A stretch of DNA of 24,308 nt. Origin: Octopus sinensis (taxonomy: Eukaryota). The stretch lies in contig NW_021836389.1 of assembly GCF_006345805.1 (NCBI RefSeq), positions 1-24,308 on the forward strand, given 5' to 3'. Positions 11,046 to 21,259 of the stretch are shown in pieces. A model generated the notes under the pieces. That model did not search any database. It had not been told where the DNA came from and was given only the letters and a program-made list of their open reading frames with translations. The translations under genes and the position numbers were made by a program. How positions within the stretch are numbered: position 1 is the stretch's first letter; each line of letters begins with the position of its first letter.

Positions 11046-11474
11046 AAAAGAGTAAAAGAGTATATACTATCGGTATCCGCTACCTCGATTATCCCCGGGC
11101 AATGGTGTGCAGGCACACCATACACATAGAGTGCAGATAACAAAAGGATAAACAAGAGCTTATCAGGAACCAATGCAAATAATTAGAAAATGGAGAAAAC
11201 CACAGATTAACCAACACATCGGTTGGGCCACATTTATAGCTTATTTTTTTAATACAAAGCATGACATAGCAAAATAGGTGACGTAACATATCTTACGGCC
11301 GTTACTGATCGCATTGCGAAAATGCAGTCTATATATAAATGCGAGAATAAAATTCTTCATCTTTATAGGGCATTCGAATAAAGGCAACGGATCTTCATCA
11401 GAGTGAAAAACAAGAGCATATAATATAAACACACATATATGTCTGGGTACGTGTGTTGTGCGTATATATGTGTT

Positions 11475-11580
11475 TGTGATTGTCGCCCCACGCTGCTTGG
11501 AAACCTGTGCTGGTCTGTTTTTTTTCACCTTCACGCGACATGCCAGTTTAGCAAAAGAGCTCGATAGAATAAGAACGAGA
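11475..11580 (+). mobile_element. Degenerate SINE family C fragment (another at 12020-12065)
   Basis: gtttagcaaaagagctcgatagaataag motif. Confidence 0.55.
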
Positions 11581-12315
11581 CTGCAACAATTAATAGATAA
11601 ATAAACAAATAAGTAAGTGATAACGTGGATGATGTGTTAGAACATAGAATTCTGCGTTATTTACCCAGAGAGAACCTTTCACATGGACGTGTGGTGCATG
11701 AAACCATTCGTGTTTATATCGTTGACGGACGATAACTGCCCGCTACATCGGCCGGAACTGCCAGAGCACAAGATTTTCGTTGATGGAAGAATCGGTTGCT
11801 ATGTCTAGCTGAAAGTCTGTCATTGACAAGACGGGGGGTGGGGGTTCGAAATCATGTGATCTAGTAGATCAAGCAGCAGTATAAACACGAGTGCTCTTAT
11901 GCACCACAAACCCATATGAAAGGGTCTCTCATGGTAAATAAAGAAGTATTTCATTTGCTACGTAACACAACATCCACTTTCAGTGGAAGATAAATAAAAA
12001 AATAATTACTGCAGTTGATTTTAGGTGGTGCCCCAGCATGGCCGCTTTTCAATGACTGAAACAAGTGAAGTATATATATAAAAGACAAAATATAATATAT
12101 AACATCACAATTATGTAATGTAACAGATCGATCAAGTATGGATCCTATATGCTGGCCAATGTGGTACAAAGGGGAAAATGGGATTCTTTCAGCCATTAAG
12201 TTCCATCGTACCGTAAACCATTAAGTCATCGATAAATTTGCCAGAAGTTTCTGCTAAAAGATTGTGATGAATTGGGTTGCTTCTAAGTATTTTATCATTA
12301 TTAATATTTTCAGTT

Positions 12316-12985
12316 TGGCGACGAGTTGGCAGAATTGTTAGCACGCTGTACGAAATGCTTAGCGTTATTTCACCCGTTGTTACTTCCTGAGTTCAAATTC
12401 CGCGGGGATCGACTTTTCATCCTTTCGGGGTCAATAAAATAAGTACCAGTTGAACACTGGGATCAATGTAATCGTCTCATCTACCACCCACCTCCCCAAG
12501 CTGCCCTTGTGGCAGAAAAATTGAAATAATAATAATTATTTTTAAGGCAGCGAGCTAGCAAAATCGTTAGCACGCCAGACGAAATTCTTAGCGGTATTTC
12601 ACCCATAGCTACGTTCTGAGATCAAGTTACGCCGAGGTCGACTTTGCCTTTCATCTTTTCAGGGTCGATAAAATAAGTACCAATTGAACATTGGAATTGA
12701 CTCATTCTTCACCTCCCCGCAAGCTGTCCTTGTGGAAAAAATTTGAAATAATCATTATTAATATTTATTAGCTTTCAGTTAGGCGGCGAGCTGGCAGAGT
12801 CGTTATGACACTGGGTAAAATACTTAGTAGTGTTTCATCCATCTTTACTTTTTGAGTTCAAATTCAGTCGAGGTCGACTTTGCCTTTTATCCTTTCGGGG
12901 TCGATAAAATAAGTACAAGTTGAGCATTGGCGTCGATGTAATCGACTTACCCCTTCTCCGAAGTTGCTGGCCTTGTGCCAAAATT
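12316..12985 (+). mobile_element. Three consecutive family A SINE copies (~12316, ~12545, ~12782)
   Basis: Each begins ggcg(g/a)cgagc/ttggcagaa and contains gagttcaaattc...ggtcgactttgcctttcatc. Confidence 0.85.
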
Positions 12986-13320
12986 GATGAAAGGCAAAGT
13001 CGACCTCGGCAGAATTTGAACTCAGACGTAGCGGCAGACGAAATACCTATTTCTTTACTACCCACAAGGGGCTAAACACACATAGGACAAACAAGGACAG
13101 ACAAACGGATTAAGTCGATTATATCGACCCCAGTGTGCAACTGGTACTTAATTTATCGTTCCCGAATGGATGAAAGGCAAAGTCGACCTCAGAACGTAAC
13201 GGCAGACGAAATACCGCTAAGCATTTCCCCCGGCATGCTAACGTTTCTTATTTCTTTATTGCCCACAAGGGGCTAACATAGAGGGGACGAATAAGGACAC
13301 ACAAAGGGATTAAGTCGATT
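12986..13320 (-). mobile_element. Family A SINE head-to-tail multimer, minus strand
   Basis: gatgaaaggcaaagtcgacctc occurs twice (12987, 13169) with cccacaaggggctaa tails. Confidence 0.85.
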
Positions 13321-14720
13321 AGTTTCGCTAATTCTGGTGCAGTTTCGCTAATTCTGATGCAATTTTGCTAATTCTGATGCAGTTTTGCTAATTCTGATGC
13401 AGTTTCACTAATTCTGGTACAGCTTCGCTATTCTGGTGCAATTTCGCTAATTCTCGTACATTTTCGCTAATTCTGATGCAATTTTGCTAATTCTGATGCA
13501 TGTTTGCTAATTCTAATGCAGTTTTGCTAATTCTGATGCAGTTTCACTAATTCTGGTACAGTTTCGCTAGTTCTGATGAAGTCTCACAAATTCTGGTGCA
13601 GTTTCGCTAATTCTGATGCAATTTCGCTAATTCTGACGCAGTTCCGCTAATTCCAATGGAGTTTCACTAATTCTGGTGCAGTTTCGCTAATTCTGATACA
13701 GTTTCACAAATTCCGATGCAGTTTTGCTATTTCTGATGCAGTTTCGCTAATTCTAATGCAGTTTTGCTAATTCTGATGCAGTTTCGCTAATTCTGATGCA
13801 GTTTCGCTAATTCTGGTACAGTTTTGCTAATTCTGGTGCAGTTTCGCTATTCTGGTGCAGTTTCACTAATTCTGATGCAATTTCGCTAATTCTCGTACAG
13901 TTTCGCTAATTCTGATGCAATTTTTCTAATTCTGATGCAGTTTTGCTAATCCTGATGCAGTTTCGCTAATTCTGATGAAGTTTCACAAATTCTGGTGCAG
14001 TTTCGCTAATTCTGATGCAATTTCGCTGATTCTGACGCAGTTCCGCTAATTCTGATGCAGTTTCGCTGATTCTGGTACAGTTTCGCTAATTCTGATGCAG
14101 TTTCGTTAATTCTGGTGCAGTTTCACTAATTCTGATGCAATTTCGCTAATTCTGATGCAGTTTTGCTAGTTCTGATACAGTTTCGCTAATTCTGATGCAG
14201 TTTCACTAATTCGGGTACAGTTTCGCTAGTTCTGATACAGTTTCACAAATTCTGATGCAGTTTTGCTATTTCTGATGCAGTTTCGCTGATTCTGATGCAG
14301 TTTTGCTAATTCTGATGCAGTTTCGCTGATTCTGGTACAGTTTCGCTAATTCTGATGCAGGTTCGTTAATTCTGGTGCAGTTTCACTAATTCTGATGCAA
14401 TTTCGCTAATTCTGATGCAGTTTCGCTAATTCTGATGCAATTTTGCTAATTCTGATGCAGTTTCACTAATTCTGGTACAGTTTCGCTAGTTCTGATGAAG
14501 TTTCACAAATTCTGGTGCAGTTTCGCTAATTCTGATGCAATTTCGCTAATTCTGGCGCAGTTCCGCTAATTCTAATGGAGTTTCACTAATTCTGATACAG
14601 TTTCGCTAATTCTGATACAGTTTCACAAATTCCGATGCAGTTTCGCTAATTCTGATGCACTTTCGCTAATTCTGATGCAGTTTTGTTAATTCTGATGCAG
14701 TTTCGCTGATTTTGGTGCAG
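13321..14720. repeat. 20-bp minisatellite, ~70 copies, consensus TTTCGCTAATTCTGATGCAG
   Basis: Direct inspection; the period is not a multiple of 3 and no ORF spans it. Confidence 0.97.
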
Positions 14721-14894
14721 TCTCTTCAACTACGGTTGTATTTGCTGCCGCTCCCACAGCTGAAGAGCCTCTTTTGAATTGATACATAATACGGTGTCTG
14801 ATATGGTTGTGCTCTAAATCTATTTTAAGGAAGTAAAAATCGACACGAATTTAACCAATGTAGTTTAAAGTAACCAGCTAAGAAAAAAACACGA

Positions 14895-15300
14895 AAAACG
14901 CTTGCTTACCAACCACATGGTTCCGGGTTCAGTCTCACTCCGTGGCACCTTGGGCAAGTGTCTTCTACTATAGCCTCAGGTCGACTAAAGTCTTGTGAGT
15001 GGATTTGGTAGACGGAAACTGAAAGAAGCCCGTCGTATATATATATATATATATATGTGTGTGTATGTGTGTGTGTGTGTATGTTTGTGTGTCTGTGTTT
15101 TTCCTCCCACCATCGCTTGACAACCGATGTTGGTGTGTTTACGTCCCCGTCACTTAGCGGTTTGGCAAAAAGTGACCTATAGAATAAGTACTAGGCTTAC
15201 AAAGAATAAGTCCTGGAGTCGACTTGTTCGACTAAAGAGGCGGTGCTCCAGCATGGGCGCAGTCAGATGACTGAAACAAATAAAATAATAAAACAATAAA
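14895..15300 (+). mobile_element. Near-complete composite SINE (family B head, (TA)n(TG)n, family C tail)
   Basis: Best-preserved copy of this layout in the window. Confidence 0.9.
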
Positions 15301-15664
15301 ACGTTGGAATGCAAAAATGAATGCTTGGCTTAACTGTAAATATGAAGAAGATATACTCCAGTGGTCAATGGCAAAAATGCGACGGGAGTTTCTTCACAGC
15401 CAGATACGAACATTAGCGATGCTCAACCCGGGTCTTGATGACCTTTCGGGGTCCCTAAAGATTATGTTGTTAAAATTTATGTGCAGTAATACTTCTACAA
15501 TACACTTAATATTTTAAGACGTATTTTGAATACAGTTCTTAAGAAGAGTTTAATTATAAAAATGTAACAGGAATTTTTAAACATCGATTGACAGTGACGG
15601 TTTATTTGAATAAAGTAAGAATGAAAGGGGCGTAATAGGGACAAAATGGTTGAGAATAATTATC

Positions 15665-16232
15665 ATGTGTGTGTGTGTGTATGTTTGTCCCCACTACTGC
15701 TACTTAACAACCGGTGCTGGTGTGTTTACGTCTCCATAAGTTAGCGGTTCTGCAAAAGAGACAGATAGAATAAGTACCAGTACCAGGCTTTAAAAAGAAA
15801 TAAGTCATGTGGTCGAATTGCTCGGCTTAAGCCCTTCAAGGCGGTGCTCCAGCATGGCCGAAGTCAAATAACCGAAACAAGTAAAAGTATAAAAGAATAC
15901 ACAAGAATAAAGTATTTGAAAATATACTTAACAGGAGTGGCTGTGTGGTAAGTAGCTTGCTTACCAACCACATGGTTCCAGGTTCAGTCACACTGCGTGA
16001 CATCTTGGGCAAGTGTCTTCTACTAAAGCCTCGGGCCGACCAAAGCCTTGTGAGTGGATTTGGTAGACGGAAACTGAAAGAAGCTCATCATATATATTTA
16101 TATATGTATATATATATATATATATAAAGAATAAGTCCTTACAAAGAATAAGTCCTGGGGTCGATTTGCTCGACTAAAGGTGGTGCTCCAGCATGGCCGC
16201 AGTCAAATGACTGAAACAAATGAAAGAATAAC
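15665..16232 (+). mobile_element. Family C segment followed by a second B + (TA)n + partial C composite SINE
   Basis: Same motifs as 14895-15300. Confidence 0.85.
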
Positions 16233-16243
16233 AAAATGTCTTC

Positions 16244-16587
16244 ACAATGGCTTGACCGTTTTCCCAATTCTTGTGGCTTTCAAAACCAATAAAATATAAA
16301 CAGTCCTGGAACGATACCTTATTCTAAATTTTTAATGGCCGTTAATCATAGATTAACAAAGTGTCTGACCTCCATATTTGATTGAGAGTGCCAGCTGTCA
16401 AAAGATAGCTGGCTGGCTGCCTGAATTCACGCTTGGTGGCTCTGTCCATCAACATTGAAGAACTGTCATATACGTAATCAGGGATTAACACCCATTAAAA
16501 ATTTAGAATTCGCTCTAGCTCCAGGACTTACCGTATTTCACTACAGTGAAAAAATCATGAGAATTGGGAAAGCGGTCAAGTAATTGT
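16244..16587. mobile_element. MITE-like element with imperfect inverted ends
   Basis: cttgaccgttttcccaattct / agaattgggaaagcggtcaag, plus inner pair attctaaatttttaatgg / ccattaaaaatttagaat. Confidence 0.7.
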
Positions 16588-16721
16588 ATAAATTTCTTAA
16601 AGTACATTTTCAAATTCTTCTCTTTATACTTATAAGTCTTGTAGAGAACAAATATATATATATATATAAAAAGAGACCTCGATATTATGTAAATAGAGGA
16701 ATTTATCTGTGAATGTATTAT

Positions 16722-16854
16722 GAGTTTCGGATGCCGGGGTGGAGATCCACGCCGCCACCTCTTCAGTTATCCGGCCATCGGATTTTTGATTTTTTCCGAT
16801 GGCCGGATAACCGAAGAGATGGCGGCGTGGATTTCCACCTCGGCGTCCGAACTC
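16722..16854. repeat. GC-rich ~60-bp hairpin with a 12-nt T-rich loop, inside a block flanked by (TA)n
   Basis: Arms 16722-16782 and 16795-16854 pair with 5 substitutions and one 1-nt bulge. Confidence 0.95.
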
Positions 16855-16869
16855 GGAGTTTACATTTAC

Positions 16870-16900
<31 letters not shown>

Positions 16901-17039
16901 ACGGGAAGCTTTATGAAAATAAACAAAAGACGAAGGCAGGTGGAAAACAAACGAACAATTGTATTAGTATGTCCCCGTATATATATATATATATATATGT
17001 ATGTATACATACACACACATATATATACATATATACATG

Positions 17040-17091
<52 letters not shown>

Positions 17092-17108
17092 CACATATAT
17101 ATACATAT

Positions 17109-17290
17109 ATTTATCGCTACCAGCGGCCTGGTGGAAAAGAGAAAATAGTCAAAGACTAAATAGATAAATATAACAATTTAGGAATGGCCTAAACAGGCCA
17201 TTCGTCCACCAGAAAGAGCAGCCAGAACTCCAACCGCCAAGTAGTGTAATTCGGAAATAAGGTGAAAATTTAAAAACATTTACCCTAATT
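17109..17290 (-). repeat. Inverted partial copy (~180 bp) of the 470-bp array unit
   Basis: Reverse complement of unit segment aattagggtaaatg...ggtagcgataaa. Confidence 0.95.
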
Positions 17291-17551
17291 ATATTTATAT
17301 TTATCTATTTAGTCTTTGACTATTTTCTCTTTTCCACCAGGCCGCTGGTAGCGATAAATTTTTACTGAAATTTTGCTACCCTAAATTGATTAATTGATAA
17401 TTTTCTGACTAATTCTGAGATTGAATCGGCAGTTTATATTTGGCTGCCGATAAGTTTGGCGCGAATGCGTTGGTCTTGAAAATTTTAAGACAGATATTCC
17501 CGAGGCAGATATTGATACAGTAGCCTCGTGTATATCCGTCTCTCCCAGGTT

Positions 17552-17652
17552 TCTTTTACTGATGAAGTGTGACCTATGGTAGACTAGCTTAATTTAATTT
17601 AATTAAGCTGGTCTATCATTAAAGACACCGAAACGATGCATCGTATAAAAGA
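17552..17652 (+). ncRNA. Type I hammerhead ribozyme, unit 1; predicted cleavage after 17645 (GUA)
   Basis: Stem I UCUUUUA/UAAAAGA; CUGAUGA 17559-17565; stem II GUGU/ACAC plus a 19-bp hairpin; GAAA 17630-17633; stem III ACGA-UGCA-UCGU. Confidence 0.85.
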
Positions 17653-18021
17653 TGAATTAGGGTAAATGTTTTTAAATTTTCACCTTATTCCGAATTACAC
17701 TACTTGGCGGTTGGAGTTCTGGCTGCTCTTTCTGGTGGACGAATGGCCTGTTTAGGCCATTCCTAAATTGTTTATTTATCTATTTAGTCTTTGACTATTT
17801 TCTCTTTTCCACCAGGCCGCTGGTAGCGATAAATTTTTACTGAATTTTTTGCTACCCTAAATTGATTAATTGATAATTTTCTGACTAATTCTGAGATTGA
17901 ATCGGCAGTTTATATTTGCTGCCGATAAGTTTGGCGCGAATGCGTTGGTCTTGAAAATTTTAAGACAGATATTCCCGAGGCATTGATACAGTAGCCTCGT
18001 GTATATCCGTCTCTCCCAGGT

Positions 18022-18119
18022 TTCTTTTTGATGAAGTGTGACCTATGGTAGACTAGCTTAATTTAATTTAATTAAGCTGGTCTATCATTAAAGACACCGA
18101 ACGATGCATCGTAAAAAGA
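18022..18119 (+). ncRNA. Hammerhead, unit 2, defective as written
   Basis: Core reads UUGAUGA and GAAC through small deletions; real decay or sequencing error. Confidence 0.55.
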
Positions 18120-18491
18120 TGTGAATTAGGGTAAATGTTTTTAAATTTTCACCTTATTTCCGAATTACACTACTTGGCGGTTGGAGTTCTGGCTGCTCTT
18201 TCTGGTGGACGAATGGCCTGTTTAGGCCATTCCTAAATTGTTATATTTATCTATTTAGTCTTTGACTATTTTCTCTTTTCCACCAGGCCGCTGGTAGCGA
18301 TAAATTTTTACTGAATTTTTTGCTACCCAATTGATTAATTGATAATTTTCTGACTAATTCTTGAGATTGAATCGGCAGTTTATATTTGCTGCCGATAAGT
18401 TTGGCGCGAATGCGTTGGTCTTGAAAATTTTAAGACAGATATTCCCGAGGCATTGATACAGTAGCCTCGTGTATATCCGTCTCTCCCAGGT

Positions 18492-18592
18492 TCTTTTACT
18501 GATGAAGTGTGACCTATGGTAGACTAGCTTAATTTAATTTAATTAAGCTGGTCTATCATTAAAGACACCGAAACGATGCATCGTATAAAAGA
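18492..18592 (+). ncRNA. Type I hammerhead ribozyme, unit 3; predicted cleavage after 18585
   Basis: Same fold as unit 1; CUGAUGA at 18499-18505. Confidence 0.85.
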
Positions 18593-18963
18593 TGAATTAG
18601 GGTAAATGTTTTTAAATTTTCACCTTATTTCCGAATTACACTACTTGGCGGTGGAGTTCTGGCTGCTCTTTCTGGTGGACGAATGGCCTGTTTAGGCCAT
18701 TCCTAAATTGTTATATTTATCTATTTAGTCTTTGACTATTTTCTCTTTTCCACCAGGCCGCTGGTAGCGATAAATTTTTACTGAATTTTTTGCTACCCTA
18801 AATTGATTAATTGATAATTTTCTGACTAATTCTGAGATTGAATCGGCAGTTTATATTTGCTGCCGATAAGTTTGGCGCGAATGCGTTGGTCTTGAAAATT
18901 TTAAGACAGATATTCCCGAGGCATTGATACAGTAGCCTCGTGTATATCCGTCTCTCCCAGGTT

Positions 18964-19062
18964 TCTTTTACTGATGAAGTGTGACCTATGGTAGACTAGC
19001 TTAATTTAATTAATTAAGCTGGTCTATCATTAAGACACTGAAACGATGCATCGTATCAAAGA
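18964..19062 (+). ncRNA. Type I hammerhead ribozyme, unit 4; predicted cleavage after 19055
   Basis: CUGAUGA at 18971-18977; A10.1-U11.1 pair; one mismatch in stem I (UCAAAGA). Confidence 0.8.
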
Positions 19063-19428
19063 TGAATTAGGGTAAATGTTTTAAATTTTCACCTTATTTC
19101 CGAATTACACTACTTGGCGGTTGGAGTTCTGGCTGCTCTTTCTGGTGGACGAATGGCCTGTTTAGGCCATTCCTAAATTGTTATATTTATCTATTTAGTC
19201 TTTGACTATTTTCTCTTTTCCACCAGGCCGCTGGTAGCGATAAATTTTTACTGATTTTTTGCTACCCTAAATTGATTAATTGATAATTCTCTGACTAATT
19301 CTGAGATTGAATCGGCAGTTTATATTGCTGCCGATAAGTTTGGCGCGATGCGTTGGTCTTGAAAATTTTAAGACAGATATTCCCGAGGCATTGAACAGTC
19401 GCCTCGTGTATATCCGTCTCTCCAGGTT

Positions 19429-19528
19429 TCTTTTACTGATGAAGTGTGACCTATGGTAGACTGCTTAATTTAATTTAATAAGCTGGTCTATCATTAAAGA
19501 CACTGAAACGATGCATCGTAATAAAAGA
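19429..19528 (+). ncRNA. Type I hammerhead ribozyme, unit 5; predicted cleavage after 19520
   Basis: CUGAUGA at 19436-19442; A10.1-U11.1 pair; one extra A after the GUA triplet. Confidence 0.75.
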
Positions 19529-19764
19529 TGAATTAGGGTAAATGTTTTTAATTTCCACCTTATTTCCGAATTACACTACTTGGCGGTTGGAGTTCTGGCT
19601 GCTCTTTCTGGTGGACGAATGGCCTATTTAGGCCATTCCTATTGTTATATTTATCTATTTAGTCTTTGACTATTTTCTCTTTTCCACCAGGCCGCTGGTA
19701 GCGATAAATTTTTACTGAATTTTTGCTACCCTAAATTGATTAATATATTATATATATATATATA

Positions 19765-21172
19765 ATAAAATAGTAAAGTGTGAAAAAACGACAGAAGCTT
19801 AAATGTTAAAAAATATATATTTTGTGTCAAAATGTCTGGAGAATATTGGAAAATTTTTTTTTTTTTTTTTTTTTTTCCTTTCCTTAAAATGACATAATTT
19901 AAAAAATTTTTAAAGAAATTACCGGTTTCGCGTGTAGCTTTTCAAATTTCTTGTGACGTTATGTTTATATTGCATGGAATTATCGTTGTTTTTATTTCCA
20001 GGAGATTCTAAATAAGGGGATGTAGTGGTGATTTTTTTCCGGTGTAGGGGAGATAATCGCTTAAAAATTTTTTTCCCTTTTCCTTGTTAATTTCTCTGTG
20101 TCTATGTTTCGGATGGTTGAGTCTGGGTTTGTACTTTTCATGAAGAATGTTTTCCTTGTTTCAGTCTCATTTGCGTTGATGATCCGAAAGCACATTGGTA
20201 AAATGGGAGATTAAAATTGTGGCAGTAGTTTGCTTTGCGCATTTCTCAATGTGCTCACTAAAGGTATCATTCTATATTCTGGGAATGCAATCTGTTGTCG
20301 ATGCAGTGTGCATCTGCGCCTGAGTGATAGTCCCGTGGAACCCACGGTATCTTGGTGGCAGCCCGAGCATTTAATAACATAATTATGTTTTCGAGCCAAG
20401 TAAAGTTAGATTTGATCTTAAATTTCTGTCCCTCTTTAAAGAAGAATTCTGATCCTTCCAATAGGTTGGACATGTTGCACAGTCGATCTACCACATTTTT
20501 TTACTTTTGCATCCGTAATTTTAGAAGACAATTTTGCCTTTGTGAGAATCTTTAAGTGATTTAGGCTGTTGTAGCTTTGGTTTATTTTTAGAATTTCCTT
20601 TAATTTTGGGTTTTTATGAAGTATTGGTAAATCTGGGTGATGATGGTGAAGGCTTCTTTGTTTCTGGGTTGTATGTAGATATGTAAGGTAGTATTGTCGG
20701 GGAAGGTGTGTTGTTGTGTTGAATTTCTTAAAGTTTCTATGTTGATTTCTGTTGCACGTCTGATCCCATCCTCTATGAGTTGAGCTGGTAATGTCTGTCA
20801 ATTAGGGTGTTTTGAGTTCTTGCAGTCTAAAGTTCGGGTATTTGTTCTGACATATGTGCATATCCTTCTTGCAAGGTTGAAGGGGATGTTTGTTTAGTGT
20901 GTCTTGGGTGGCATGAATTAAAAAGAAGGTATTGTTTGGCGTCTGTGGCTTTGTAAAAAATGTCTGTTTCTATTTTAAGGTTAATTTTTTTAATTAGTAT
21001 ATCCAAGAACGGGAGCTCCTTTTGGTTGTATTCCATTGTGAACTGTATATTTGGGTTTATGCTGTTCATAGGTTTTTAAATTTTAGGAGTTTATCTATGT
21101 TTTCATTCCAGAGAATGAAACAATCGTCTAGGAATCGTTTCCAATTCTCTTTATGTATTGAGAGAGGGAGTT
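19765..21172 (-). mobile_element. 5'-truncated, frameshifted Penelope-like element (RT C-terminal half, GIY-YIG, 3' terminus)
   Basis: Minus strand WKRFLDDCFILW (FLDD at 21123-21134), NSINPNIQFTME..LPFLDI..TDIFYK.TD..QYL.FNSCHP.HTK, then YVIKCSGC...G.TG.SLRRR.TLHRQQI; (TA)n on both sides. Confidence 0.92.
19913..19952 (-). ncRNA. Minimal type I hammerhead ribozyme fold with a U3-A8 core
   Basis: Minus strand: AAGAAAU-UUGAAAA-GC uacac GC-GAAA-CCGG-UA/AUUUCUU; 7-bp stem I and palindromic stem III. Confidence 0.65.
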
Positions 21173-21259
21173 ATATATATATATAATAAATATTAGGGAA
21201 TAAATCCAAACTTACAGGGAAAAATCAGATTTAGGATTGAATCCAATTTTATAGTAAAA

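Larger units (their letters stand above)
17292..19743 (+). mobile_element. Tandem array, ~5.2 x ~470 bp, ORF-less, one hammerhead per unit (retrozyme-like)
   Basis: Marker ttatctatttagtc at 17301, 17776, 18247, 18717, 19187, 19651; ends in (TA)n. Confidence 0.9.

Noticed and set aside
11650-11850. Non-repeat block with a DNCPLHRP-like peptide
   Set aside because: Only faint similarity to LINE 3' zinc-knuckle regions, with stops and no splice support
13321-14720. Minisatellite as a CRISPR array, coding repeat or ribozyme array (CTGATGA occurs in some units)
   Set aside because: No unique spacers and a eukaryotic context; the 20-bp period gives no ORF; no GAAA or stems follow the CTGATGA
15317-15517. 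66-aa ORF between SINEs
   Set aside because: No recognisable motif or splice signals; this length is expected by chance
16700-16870. The GC hairpin as stem II of a minus-strand hammerhead (GAAAC follows it)
   Set aside because: No CUGANGA-like core precedes the stem and no stem I forms
17292-19743. The array as 5S rDNA, snRNA or histone tandem genes
   Set aside because: No recognisable 5S, snRNA or tRNA sequence and no ORF in the unit
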